This document shows, piece by piece, positions 1-8,840 of a stretch of 64,000 nt of DNA (its first letter is position 1; the number at the start of each line of letters is the position of its first letter). The notes beneath the pieces are model-generated. The model was not told the DNA's origin, did not search any database, and worked only from the letters and a program-made list of their open reading frames with translations. The DNA is from Candidatus Hydrogenedens sp. (GTDB lineage Bacteria > Hydrogenedentota > Hydrogenedentia > Hydrogenedentales > Hydrogenedentaceae): assembly GCA_049968235.1 (NCBI GenBank), contig JBMFRC010000011.1, forward strand, positions 1 through 64,000, written 5' to 3'. The translations under genes and the position numbers were made by a program.

Positions 1-951
1 TCACCTTCTACTACTCCTTCGCCTTCCGGTGTTCCTTCTACTACACCTTCTGGACTACCTTCGCCTTCTACTATTCCTTCACCTTCAGGACATGGTCCCG
101 TTGATACCACCAAATTCACGGTTATCCCCGGATTTACTTGCTGTCCCGCTGTCGGACTCTGGCTGATTACATTGCCCGCCGACACTATATTACTACATTG
201 TGTGGTTACCGTACCAACCGTCAATCCGGCTCCGGTTATCGCACTCTCTGCAGAACTCTGGCTCATGTCTACCACATCCGGAACATTCACTAATAAACCA
301 CCCTGCCATAATAAATATGGATAACTACTATTTTCTACTATCCCCCAAACAGTTGTAAAATCCCAGCTTACATAAGTTGCCTGCTGTTTCATCTCCGCTG
401 TCGTCTTACCTGTCCCTCCCGCTGAACTATTCCGACCGGATGTCTCTACATCCCAATAACTTTGACTCACGGAATCATAATTATACCCCACAAGACCGCC
501 TACATAATTATCCCCCGAAACACTGCCCGCACTATAACTTTTACTCACGGTGCCATAATCATTCCCCCCCCACAAGACCGACAACATTATTCGTCCCCAT
601 AACAGATATATTTTCTAAACCAACATTATAGACATCTCCTTGACTTCCTATATATCCAAATAAACCAACATAATCCTGACCCGAACGATTTATATATAAA
701 TTCTGTATCTTATACCCTTGACCATTAAACTTACCGATAAAAGGATTGCTCTCCGTTCCTATCGGAACAAAGCCTGCTCCACTGTTCCAATTTATCGTAT
801 CACTCGCATCTATATCCTGCGTTAATTCATATTCGACATCCAACGGATAGCCCGCGTCGTTCCCTATCTTTTGCATATCCACTATATTATTTATCTCTAT
901 CACACTATGACTGCTCTCACTGATAAAAAGAATTATCGAAACCATGCACAA
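1..951 (-). CDS. Large secreted surface protein with GLUG-motif repeats, a PASTA-like domain and a PEG-repeat linker. It is partial: the C-terminus lies beyond the window start. The reading frame is broken by an apparent +1 insertion in a G8 tract at 564-571, so it is either a pseudogene or a sequencing error.
   Basis: The minus-strand ORF 951..559 starts with a signal-like N-terminus (MCMVSIILFISESSHS) and carries GLUG-type motifs (NPFIGKFNGQGYKIQNLYI...YVGLFGYI). It stops at TGA immediately after GTGGGGGGGG. Removing one G gives a continuous frame through 558..1: NDYGTVSKSYSAGSVSGDNYVGGLVGYN...TAEMKQQATYVSWDFTTVWGI...PASTA-like AESAITGAGLTVGTVTTQCSNIVSAGNVISQSPTAGQQVNPGITVNLVVSTGPCPEGEGIVEGEGSPEGVVEGTPEG. 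I translated this manually. Confidence 0.6.
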
Positions 952-2065
952 AAATACCTTAACAAAATTACTGCTGAGATTACGATTAAACGGATTGTAC
1001 CTGTTTATGACTCTTTCCTTTTTGTTTCAGTTTATTTGTAGTTAAAAAACTGATTCTATTACCTTGATTTAAATTGCAACCATCATTCATATCCATTTCA
1101 TTGATACACAAACAATTCAAAGAAAAAGAAATATCCTCCCGAAGAGTTTTATGGATGGAGTGGATATAACTATACCGATTTATCCTGTGATTATTTGCTC
1201 TCACTGAGAAATTTCTTAATCTGATATTAAAAAAATCTTTCTTCTCACTTTTTACAGTCCATATACTTATAGTCCTCCACTTTCTTATCGCATTCTCTAA
1301 ATTATATTACATAAAGTAGATAAACAGGATAAAAAAGTATTTATAAATATACTAAACTACCTTACTACCTTTTATACCTTAATTTAAAACTTTTTGATTT
1401 GCCATGAATTATTTTTAATTATTTTTATTTTTTTCTATCTATTCAAAATTCATTATATTCCTTCCATTTTATAATTTTTTTTGGTTCCTCTACTTAAGTT
1501 TCTTTACTTATTTAGTTATTTTATAAAAAAGAAAATTATCCGTAAACAAATATACATATTGGCTATTTCTTTTGCAGATTTTTAAATCAAGGAACAGTTT
1601 AAAGGTGGTATAGATAAAATAATTATTTTTGTGCTGAATTTTTCAAGAGAATATTTTTAATAATAAATGTCAGCGGGCTAATTTTATTGTATTGAGACCT
1701 CTGAATAAAACAAATACTATAAATAGTATATGAAAGGTTATATACAGGAATAGGAAAGAGAAAAAAATGAAATGAAAGATGTATGTATTGTGTAAAAGGA
1801 ATAGGTTAATTGTCCGGTAAGGAGAAAGGTAAATGTGCGGTATGATGAAAGAGGTAAAGCAGGTGAGTTTTTTAATTATGCACTGTCACAACAGAAACCG
1901 ACATGATGAGAGAAATAATAGAGAGTGATGTAAGAGATAACCCGGTGGGAAAAATTGGAATGTAGATGAATAGAGGGGAAAACTGGGGAGAGTGTAGGCT
2001 TTCATCTTTACTATTTTGTGCATTATTGAACAATGTGTGATGACTTCTCGGTGGTCGATTATATT

Positions 2066-2270
2066 TTTTTCACCACGGAGGACACGAAGGGACATAAAAA
2101 GGCACAGAGGGGTACAAAGGATACGGAGGTATTTATTCTATGATTTATATTTTTCTTCTCTTTTTTTTCTCTGTATTTCTTTGTGTCCTTTGTGTTCTTT
2201 GTGTTGGATTATATTTATTTTTCACCACGGAGGGACATAGATAGGCACAAAGGAAATGCACGGAGAGGCT
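2066..2270. repeat. Cluster of short direct and inverted GG(N)ACA(N)AGG-type repeats. Two copies of TTTTTCACCACGGAGG(G)ACA sit in a 1.3 kb AT-rich non-coding region.
   Basis: Direct copies appear at about 2066-2120 (ggacacgaagg, ggcacagagg, ggtacaaagg). Inverted copies appear at about 2176-2210 (cctttgtgtcc, ctttgtgttc, ctttgtgttgg). Direct copies recur at about 2217-2270 (gggacatagataggcacaaagg). No ORF is supported here. Confidence 0.3.
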
Positions 2271-2291
2271 AATTATTAACCTGTGTTATTT

Positions 2292-4103
2292 TCACATATT
2301 CATGCCCCAAAATTCATCATTTTCTATCAATGGGTCTTCGGGATTGGGAACATGTAAGTAGGTCATCTCTCCATCGGGGTCGGGGAATTCTGTCAAAACG
2401 ATGTTATCATAATCATATTTTACCAATGGATACCAGCTGAGTGTGTTCCAGCCTTTTACTGTAAATTTCAATCCTCCTTTGCGAACTGTATCATCCGGGA
2501 AAGGTCCTTCAATAGTTTTGGGGTCAATTGTAATCAGCCTTAAATCCTTATCTGCAAGTTGAGGGTTGGCTTTTTGACTCACACAGAAGACTTGCGGTCC
2601 ATACATAATTGCAACTCTACCTGCCTGGGCTTGAATTCCACGAACGACACGCATCCGTAATCCTAAATCAATTTCTAAGACAGAACCTTTTTCCCATGAA
2701 TTTTCTACTTTCCATATCTTCCCTGCTAAATCGTTTTTACTCATCCAATCCCCCTTGTCAATTCTTGCTTTAACTTCTTTACACCATGAGGGGACACGAA
2801 AAGCAATTGGGAACGCCTTTTCTTGTTGTATTTCATTAATCTTAATCTTCACGATTCCATCGGTTGGGTAATTTGTCTCTTGTTCTATTTCTATAGGGAT
2901 ATCATCAACGGTTAAAGTGGCTTTTGAGGAAGTAAATAGGTTTATATAAATGGATTTATCGCTTGTGTAATATATCATCTGAGGTAATTCTGCAATTATC
3001 CTACGGAAATTACATGGACAGCAATAAGAATCCTGGTCGAAATATACTCGTTTCCCTTCAAATGGCGTATAGTAGCGAATCTTTCGACCATCTAACGATT
3101 GAGCACCGAATAAAGCGTTATAGATAGCACGCTCCATTAAATCGCCAAATTTTGAATTATTGGTTTCTCTGAAGCATTCATCCCACCAGCGGATTAAATA
3201 GGCTGTCATACATGTCTCACCGAGATTTGCACTTCCTTCCTGCGTATCATGCCAGCATTCATGCTGTCCGCAAGTCCCGGTGATAACCAGACCATTGTTT
3301 TTCAGTATAAAATCGAGAACCTTCTGACTGGGTTTAAGTAAATCCAAGTTTGTCTCAATTCGATTTAATTGCATCTTTGCCATGCATCGTTTCAAATGAG
3401 CATAGGCATGCCCCTGTATGTTTCCCCATCTGCCTTTTATAATGGGTCCATCCCACTGGTCTAATTTCATGTAGTTTTTAACGAAATCTAAATATTTTGG
3501 GTCTTTTGTATCCTCATACAGACAGAGCATTGCAGTTTCAACACCAGTGGTCCCCATCTCCCAGCATACATCATCATCGCCGGCGATGCGTCCCGGGTAC
3601 GGACTCATATTTTGAATGAGATAATCGCCGGCTTTTTTGGCTCCTTCTAATGCAGATTCATCATCAAAGAACCGATATTCCATCACAAGCCCATAGATTA
3701 TGTAGGCAACCTCATGTATATCCCAGAGTCTCCATACACGGGCACCTTCCTTGAATAAACCGATATATCCATCTTTTTCCTGTGCATCAAGCAATGTTTT
3801 AACGACATGTTTCTTGCGTTCAATTACCTTCGGGTCGTTGGTGTATTTAGCAAATCGAACCAACGCATCAATAGTTTTGCCTATTCCAACATACCCACCT
3901 TCTTCATTTTCCTTTTTTATAAATGGTTCCAAAAACTCACCATCAATATCCATTACCATTGTATTATTATATATCGTTATGTCTATTCTTCTGCCTATTT
4001 CGCCACTGACTTTAACAGCATCCAGAGGAATTGGCTTTAATATATCCTCAAAAGCACCCACTGTCATTAAAACAAACATCAACGAAATACTCATAAAATA
4101 CAT
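2292..4103 (-). CDS. Glycoside hydrolase family 127 / DUF1680-like protein (beta-L-arabinofuranosidase-like) with a signal peptide.
   Basis: 603 aa from the internal ATG (MYFMSISLMFVLMTVGA, signal-like). The CC motif region (YFDQDSYCCPCNF) and ECWHDTQEG resemble the Cys/Glu Zn-site and Cys nucleophile region of GH127. The family call is from memory of GH127 motifs. The upstream 43-aa extension of the tracked ORF is unlikely to be translated. Confidence 0.7.
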   Translation of the reverse strand: MYFMSISLMFVLMTVGAFEDILKPIPLDAVKVSGEIGRRIDITIYNNTMVMDIDGEFLEPFIKKENEEGGYVGIGKTIDALVRFAKYTNDPKVIERKKHVVKTLLDAQEKDGYIGLFKEGARVWRLWDIHEVAYIIYGLVMEYRFFDDESALEGAKKAGDYLIQNMSPYPGRIAGDDDVCWEMGTTGVETAMLCLYEDTKDPKYLDFVKNYMKLDQWDGPIIKGRWGNIQGHAYAHLKRCMAKMQLNRIETNLDLLKPSQKVLDFILKNNGLVITGTCGQHECWHDTQEGSANLGETCMTAYLIRWWDECFRETNNSKFGDLMERAIYNALFGAQSLDGRKIRYYTPFEGKRVYFDQDSYCCPCNFRRIIAELPQMIYYTSDKSIYINLFTSSKATLTVDDIPIEIEQETNYPTDGIVKIKINEIQQEKAFPIAFRVPSWCKEVKARIDKGDWMSKNDLAGKIWKVENSWEKGSVLEIDLGLRMRVVRGIQAQAGRVAIMYGPQVFCVSQKANPQLADKDLRLITIDPKTIEGPFPDDTVRKGGLKFTVKGWNTLSWYPLVKYDYDNIVLTEFPDPDGEMTYLHVPNPEDPLIENDEFWGMNM

Positions 4104-4977
4104 ATCCTTCTCTTTATGGTAAATTTTGTGTCCTAATAAAATAGGATAACATAATAAAAAAAGAAAAGAATGACAGTCAAGTAAATAATTGAAATTTACA
4201 AAATCGGGAAAAGAATAGTGGAATATAAGCAAAAAAGGAAAGAGAGAGCGGAGTATGGAGAGGAAATTTTGTAGAGGTTATATAGGGTTTATCCATTAAA
4301 CATCAGCAAGGAGTCAGCAGAAATAACATCCAATATATGCGGGTACTTTACCTCAAATACTCAAAATTCCAGACACTTTCTGGCAAATTATCATGGAGTC
4401 ATTATGTTGAACTTTTATGAGCTTCTGATGATTTAGCACGCTCCTTTTATGAAAAGCAATATATAAAAGAAAATAATAATCTTCAAACAGGTATTCATTT
4501 CTATAATATTTAATACATGTTATAAAAAATATACATATTTCCAAAAGATGGATGTAGGTAAAATGTTATAGATATAATAGGGCAAAAAGATTACCCCCCT
4601 AATCCATCCCCAAAATAATTCCTTCTTATGTTGTAAAATCAGCAATTTGGGAACAGATTCTCGACATGTTATAGAATCTTGTAGGTGCGAAATATTTTTC
4701 GACCTAAAGTAGCACAAACATTCTTGTCTTTGAATGGCTATATGGTGAATATGAACACCTATAAAAATATCCGTGCTATTTCATAAATTATAAAACCGGT
4801 GGATAGATTACATCGGTTTGTTTATTGTTATAATTTTGTCAATAAAAAATAAATGTTGACCACAGAATCTCAATGGAGGAAATAGGAGAACGGTATGAAA
4901 AAAATCTTCTCTTTTTTTCATAAGTCCTTATAAGATTTAACAAACACCCGTAATATTAGAAAAGGAGGCTAAATTTT

Positions 4978-5395
4978 ATGTATTATTTTGCATATGGTTC
5001 AAATATGAATTTATCGCAAATGAAGGAAAGATGTCCCGATGCAGAGTTAAAATGCAGGGGCTATTTATTGGGGTATAAATTTGTATATGACGGATATTCA
5101 TATTCTCGTAAATGTGCTGTAGTTAATATAGTAAAAGATGCAAATGAAATCGTTTGGGGCGCTATTTTTGAATTTAACAAACATAGAAGCGTTAGACCAC
5201 TATGAAGGTAAACCTAATTCATATCAAAGGAAAATATTTACAGTGATAGATGATAAAGATAATAAATATTCTGCATGGGTTTATTTTAGAAATCCACATA
5301 ATATAGGACAACCAAGTGAGGAATACAAGAATATAGTATGTCAGGGAGCAAAAGAGTGTGGACTGCCTGATGAATACATAAAAAAAATACCTTGA
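4978..5395 (+). CDS. Gamma-glutamyl cyclotransferase-like (AIG2/GGCT fold) protein. It is split into two overlapping ORFs by an apparent +1 frameshift near the T5 run at 5165-5169.
   Basis: The N-terminal part (4978..5205) reads MYYFAYGSNMNLSQMKERCP...VWGAIFE(F). The C-terminal part (5138..5395) reads ...GALFLNLTNIEALDHYEGKPNSYQRKIFTVID. Both match the GGCT-like pattern YxYGSNM...LDxYEG...YxR. Deleting one T around gctatttttgaattta joins them. An AAAGGAGG Shine-Dalgarno sequence lies 7 nt upstream of the ATG. Confidence 0.6.
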
Positions 5396-5611
5396 ATAAT
5401 CTTTTTTATAAAAAGAAAATTGTTTGTGGCATTTTAGGGAAATAAAAGGAAATTAGTTCCGTTTATCGTGTCATAGAAAATAAAAATTATCATATAGCAT
5501 TTAAAATTGGACAAAAGGTATCTCAAATTATGGAATTATATGTTTAGGATAGTTAATAAAAGTTTTGGGGAATTTTGTATTTAGGAGGGGAAACTGTATA
5601 ACTAAAAAATC

Positions 5612-5687
5612 TGGCTCCGCGAGCTGGACTCGAACCAGCGGCCCGGTGGTTAACAGCCACCTGCTCTACCTCCTGAGCTATCGCGGA
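5612..5687 (-). tRNA. tRNA-Asn (anticodon GUU).
   Basis: The reverse complement folds as a cloverleaf. Acceptor UCCGCGA/UCGCGGA, D-stem GCUC/GAGC, anticodon stem GGUGG/CCACC with loop CUGUUAA (GUU), T-arm GCUGG-UUCGAGU-CCAGC, discriminator G, and an encoded CCA. Confidence 0.9.
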
Positions 5688-5933
5688 ACCGATGGATTAA
5701 TATCATATCAGAAATGGCTATTTTTTTTCAAACAGTATAATGAAATGTTATTCCGTTTTATAAGGAATTGAAAAAGATTGTCGCTCTCTGGGAGCAAATA
5801 TAGGTGTGTCTATGTGAGTTTTTTGTTGATAGAATCTATTTTACTCTTATTCCAGTATTTTGGTTTTTAGGGTCTATTTTTTATTGTTTTGGAAGTATGT
5901 TTTTTTTTATGTTATAATTTTTCTGCTTTTAGC

Positions 5934-6025
5934 GGAGAGGTGACCGAGTGGCTTAAGGTGGCGCCCTGCTAAGGCGTTGTACGGCTTAAACCGTACCGCG
6001 GGTTCAAATCCCGCCCTCTCCGCCA
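5934..6025 (+). tRNA. tRNA-Ser (anticodon GCU), type II with a long variable arm.
   Basis: Acceptor GGAGAGG/CCUCUCC, anticodon stem GCGCC/GGCGU with loop CUGCUAA (GCU), long variable arm UGUACGGCUUAAACCGUACC, T-arm GCGGG-UUCAAAU-CCCGC, discriminator G, CCA. Confidence 0.9.
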
Positions 6026-6080
6026 TTGAATATGATGACCTCTTATCCGATATTCCCTTCGGAGATTGAAGAGGGGTTTT

Positions 6081-7649
6081 ATGATTATATCGCGTCGTTC
6101 GTTTTTAAGTTCGGTAGGATTGGGGGTGGGTCTTGTTTATGCTTTTCCTTCTTTAACGGAGGATTTCTCTACAATTCGCAGGTATCATGTTTCTATCTCT
6201 ATTGATGCATTAGAACATGAACCGGATTTGTTTGATATTTTTAAAAGGAGTGGTGTTTCTGCGGTCTGGATTGGTGGTTATTTTTATGGGCATTGGTATT
6301 ATCAACCGGAAGCAATTCGGGCATGGAAAAATAAATTTGAGTCCGCTGGAATATCTGCTTATGTAATTAATGTTCCACTGGGACATCCAGGTGATTCATT
6401 AGGCAGTTATTCAGGGGATGTACCGCTTACTCCGCCGACGCAATGGAAGCCGGGGGTTAGTTATGATATGAAAATGTATGCAGGGACTTCGCTTCATCCA
6501 CCTGCAACCGAAGAGAATGCAAAGGCTTTAGAGGTATTGAATAGTCATGACATTAAAAAGATTTTCCTGGATGATGATTTCCGTTTAGCACGAAGTCCGG
6601 GAATGATTGGTGGATGTTTCTGCAATGAGCATAAAGAGACTTTTTTGAATAAATATGGTTATGGAAACCCAGACTGGGAGGGTCTTATTGATGCGGTTCA
6701 GAAACGAAGTTTAACAAGAATTTTAAGGGAATGGATAGAGTTTACCTGTGATGAACTAACTACCTGTTTTCGCACATTGGAACAACGAGTTCGTGAACTT
6801 GAACTGGGTATTATGGTGATGTATATGGGGAGTGAGAAAGCGGGAATACGATTAAAAGATTATCAGGGATGCTTATTCCGTGTCGGGGAAGGTATGTTTA
6901 ATGACCATAGTTTTGGTAGTGAGAAAGGGAAATGCGATGAATTGTTTAGCGTTTTATTTCATCGTCGATTTGCAACACCTGAAAAAGCATTTAGCGAAAC
7001 GACTGCATTCCCAGCGGATAAATTATCTGCAAGAAACATGTGTGCGAAACTGGTTATCTCAACGATTGCAGATGTGCGGAATACAATGTTTATGAGTGGT
7101 ATTCAGCATTTTCCCAAAGGTCATTGGGATGTTCTTCTGGACGAGATGAAGAAACAAGCCCAATTTCATGAAACTATCGCAGGGCATAAACTTACAGGTC
7201 CGTTAAAACATTATTGGAGTGAGACAAGTAGATATGTTAGCGATGATAATCCATATAGTTTGTTTTTAGCGTTGGGAATTCCATTTGAGGTGGTTGAAGA
7301 ACCGACTAATAAAGGTTGGACTTTTGTTAGTGATTATGATACAGATATTCTCGCACAGAAGGAATGCGTTTATATCTCACGAAGAGAAAAGGAGCATTGT
7401 CTAGAAATCCCAGAAGATTTAAATGCTCTTTTCAAATTTAAGCAATCCATTCTTCCACAATTGAAGAATATTCCATATATTATTGAAGAAAAACCTGTAG
7501 TCTGTGCATGGTATCCAATAGCAAAAAAAGTCATGGTCTGGAATTTATCTGAAAATAGAGAAGATTTCACATTAAAGAGAGATGATAGAGAAATAAATTT
7601 CCAATTGTTGGGGCTGGAATCATCTCTATTAGATGACTTATCGATATAG
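6081..7649 (+). CDS. Tat-signal exported protein of unknown function. It is a candidate carbohydrate-active enzyme, given the sulfatase/DUF1559 neighbourhood.
   Basis: 522-aa ORF with a twin-arginine motif (MIISRRSFLSSVGLGVGLVYA). Start is placed at the ATG with the AGAGGGG ribosome-binding site. The tracked start at 6066 is a TTG. I recognise no domain. Confidence 0.55.
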   Translation: MIISRRSFLSSVGLGVGLVYAFPSLTEDFSTIRRYHVSISIDALEHEPDLFDIFKRSGVSAVWIGGYFYGHWYYQPEAIRAWKNKFESAGISAYVINVPLGHPGDSLGSYSGDVPLTPPTQWKPGVSYDMKMYAGTSLHPPATEENAKALEVLNSHDIKKIFLDDDFRLARSPGMIGGCFCNEHKETFLNKYGYGNPDWEGLIDAVQKRSLTRILREWIEFTCDELTTCFRTLEQRVRELELGIMVMYMGSEKAGIRLKDYQGCLFRVGEGMFNDHSFGSEKGKCDELFSVLFHRRFATPEKAFSETTAFPADKLSARNMCAKLVISTIADVRNTMFMSGIQHFPKGHWDVLLDEMKKQAQFHETIAGHKLTGPLKHYWSETSRYVSDDNPYSLFLALGIPFEVVEEPTNKGWTFVSDYDTDILAQKECVYISRREKEHCLEIPEDLNALFKFKQSILPQLKNIPYIIEEKPVVCAWYPIAKKVMVWNLSENREDFTLKRDDREINFQLLGLESSLLDDLSI

Positions 7650-7790
7650 GGAAAACTCTTCTCTATAAAAACACCCAATTATTCACCTAATTTTAATTAT
7701 TATAATTATTTATCCTTCTTAAAAATAATATTTACAAATATATCTATCTTAATTTTATATCATAATTATCCAATACTATTATTTTTATCC

Positions 7791-7819
7791 TTGACAAAAA
7801 TAAAATTATGTGTTATTAT
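7791..7819 (+). promoter_or_regulatory. Near-consensus sigma70 promoter (TTGACA-N17-TATTAT) upstream of DUF1559 gene copy 1.
   Basis: TTGACA at 7791-7796, a 17-nt spacer, and TATTAT at 7814-7819. The ATG at 7889 has an AAGGAGG Shine-Dalgarno sequence. Confidence 0.5.
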
Positions 7820-7826
7820 AGTTTTG

Positions 7827-7839
7827 GTAATCGTTATAC
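7827..7839 (+). promoter_or_regulatory. LacI/GalR-type operator-like palindrome GTAATCGTTATAC just downstream of the -10 element.
   Basis: Near-palindrome with a central CG. A nearly identical motif (GTAATCGTTTAC on the opposite strand, 31993-32004) sits at the same position relative to the promoter of the second DUF1559 paralog. Confidence 0.35.
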
Positions 7840-7888
7840 CAATATTTACTATTTATCATTTTTAATTTAACATTAAGGAGGCTTAAAT

Positions 7889-8815
7889 ATGCACAGAAAA
7901 GGTTTTACACTCATTGAACTGCTTGTCGTAATTGCCATTATTGGTATTCTTGCGGCAATATTGTTACCTGCTCTTGCTCGTGCCCGTGAGGCGGCTCGCC
8001 GTTCCAGTTGCCAGAATAATTTGAAACAGTGGGGATTGGTCTTTAAAATGTATTCCAATGAATCTAAAGGTGAAAGGTTTCCAAGATTATGTGCTTATTA
8101 CGGAAACCTGGTAAACTGTGATGTAGCTGGATTTCCTGTAACTCATACCAACACTCTAAGGATTGCTGTGGGTCCTTATGTACCTTCGATATTTCCTGAA
8201 TATTTAACAGACCCCAATATTACGCTATGTCCTTCGGATGCAGAAGCCAAACCTGGAGATTTAACAAATCCGATAACGAATCAATCGGAATTCTACCTTG
8301 CGTGCAATAATATGGAAAGAGGTATGTTCCGTATTGACACAAGTTATGCCTACTTAGGCTATGTATTAGACCGGTGTGAAGATACGGATGAACAAATGAA
8401 TTTAGGTATGTTCGACCCTGAGTACTCTGCTTATAATGGTCCTGCCCAATTTGTAATGCTTGCAGCACAGTTATATGCAGCAGCAGAACCTGAGATTCCG
8501 GCAAAAACAGACCAGGATATTACTGTCGGGACACCTTATGGTAATGCAGGTAGTGCAACAGTATATCGGCTTCGTGAAGGAATTGAACGATTTCTTATAA
8601 CGGATATTAATAATCCTGCAGCAACAGCACAGGCACAAAGCAGTGTGTACATTATGTTTGACCTCGTTGCAACAGCGACTCAGGGGTTTAACCATGTCCC
8701 CGGTGGTTGCAATGTGCTGTATATGGATGGGCATGTGGAATTTGTTCGCTATCCGGGTAAAGCACCTGTAAATCAAGGAATTGCCTGGGTCACAACTGCG
8801 GTTGGATTTTCGTAA
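7889..8815 (+). CDS. Prepilin-type N-terminal cleavage/methylation domain protein of the DUF1559 (H-X9-DG) family, copy 1.
   Basis: The N-terminus ([43 protein letters not shown]) is a classic type IV pilin-like methylation motif plus hydrophobic helix. The C-terminal [12 protein letters not shown] is the H-X9-DG signature region. Confidence 0.9.
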   Translation: MHRKGFTLIELLVVIAIIGILAAILLPALARAREAARRSSCQNNLKQWGLVFKMYSNESKGERFPRLCAYYGNLVNCDVAGFPVTHTNTLRIAVGPYVPSIFPEYLTDPNITLCPSDAEAKPGDLTNPITNQSEFYLACNNMERGMFRIDTSYAYLGYVLDRCEDTDEQMNLGMFDPEYSAYNGPAQFVMLAAQLYAAAEPEIPAKTDQDITVGTPYGNAGSATVYRLREGIERFLITDINNPAATAQAQSSVYIMFDLVATATQGFNHVPGGCNVLYMDGHVEFVRYPGKAPVNQGIAWVTTAVGFS

Positions 8816-8840
8816 TCGGTGTATGATATAAAATGATATT

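Noticed and set aside
986-2240. Short ORFs (986..1204, 1886..2095, 2016..2240) in the long AT-rich spacer.
   Set aside because: They have low-complexity, stop-prone composition, no ribosome-binding sites and no motifs. The region is better explained as non-coding (see finding).
4104-4232. N-terminal 43-aa extension of the GH127-like ORF. Similar upstream extensions occur at 36457..36564, 39074..39169, 58457..58510 and 63367..63417.
   Set aside because: Internal ATGs with good Shine-Dalgarno sequences or signal peptides (MYFMSIS..., MKKVGFGIIGCG, MADYDVIVIGAG, MNLEARQFL, MTDTD) match the expected mature N-termini. The extensions are ORF-caller artefacts.
4895-4933. 12-codon micro-ORF (MKKIFSFFHKSL) with an SD-like sequence about 45 nt upstream of the GGCT-like gene, considered as a leader peptide.
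   Set aside because: It is too short, and no attenuator-like alternative structures were evident. It cannot be supported from sequence alone.
5565-5771. 68-aa plus-strand ORF.
   Set aside because: It overlaps the minus-strand tRNA-Asn entirely and reads through tRNA sequence. It is spurious.
5400-5933. Looked for an integrase, transposase or phage genes and att-type direct repeats flanking the tRNA pair.
   Set aside because: No such ORFs or repeats were found within the window.
6066-6080. Tracked start of the Tat-exported protein at 6066.
   Set aside because: The codon at 6066 is TTG. The ATG at 6081 has an AGAGGGG ribosome-binding site and gives a canonical twin-arginine signal, so I moved the start.
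7873-8058. Antisense ORFs (7873..8058 and 32022..32261, minus strand) with similar translations opposite the N-termini of both DUF1559 genes.
   Set aside because: They are the mirror-strand shadow of the highly conserved pilin-like N-terminal coding sequence. They have no ribosome-binding site and no independent conservation. They are conserved only because the sense strand is.
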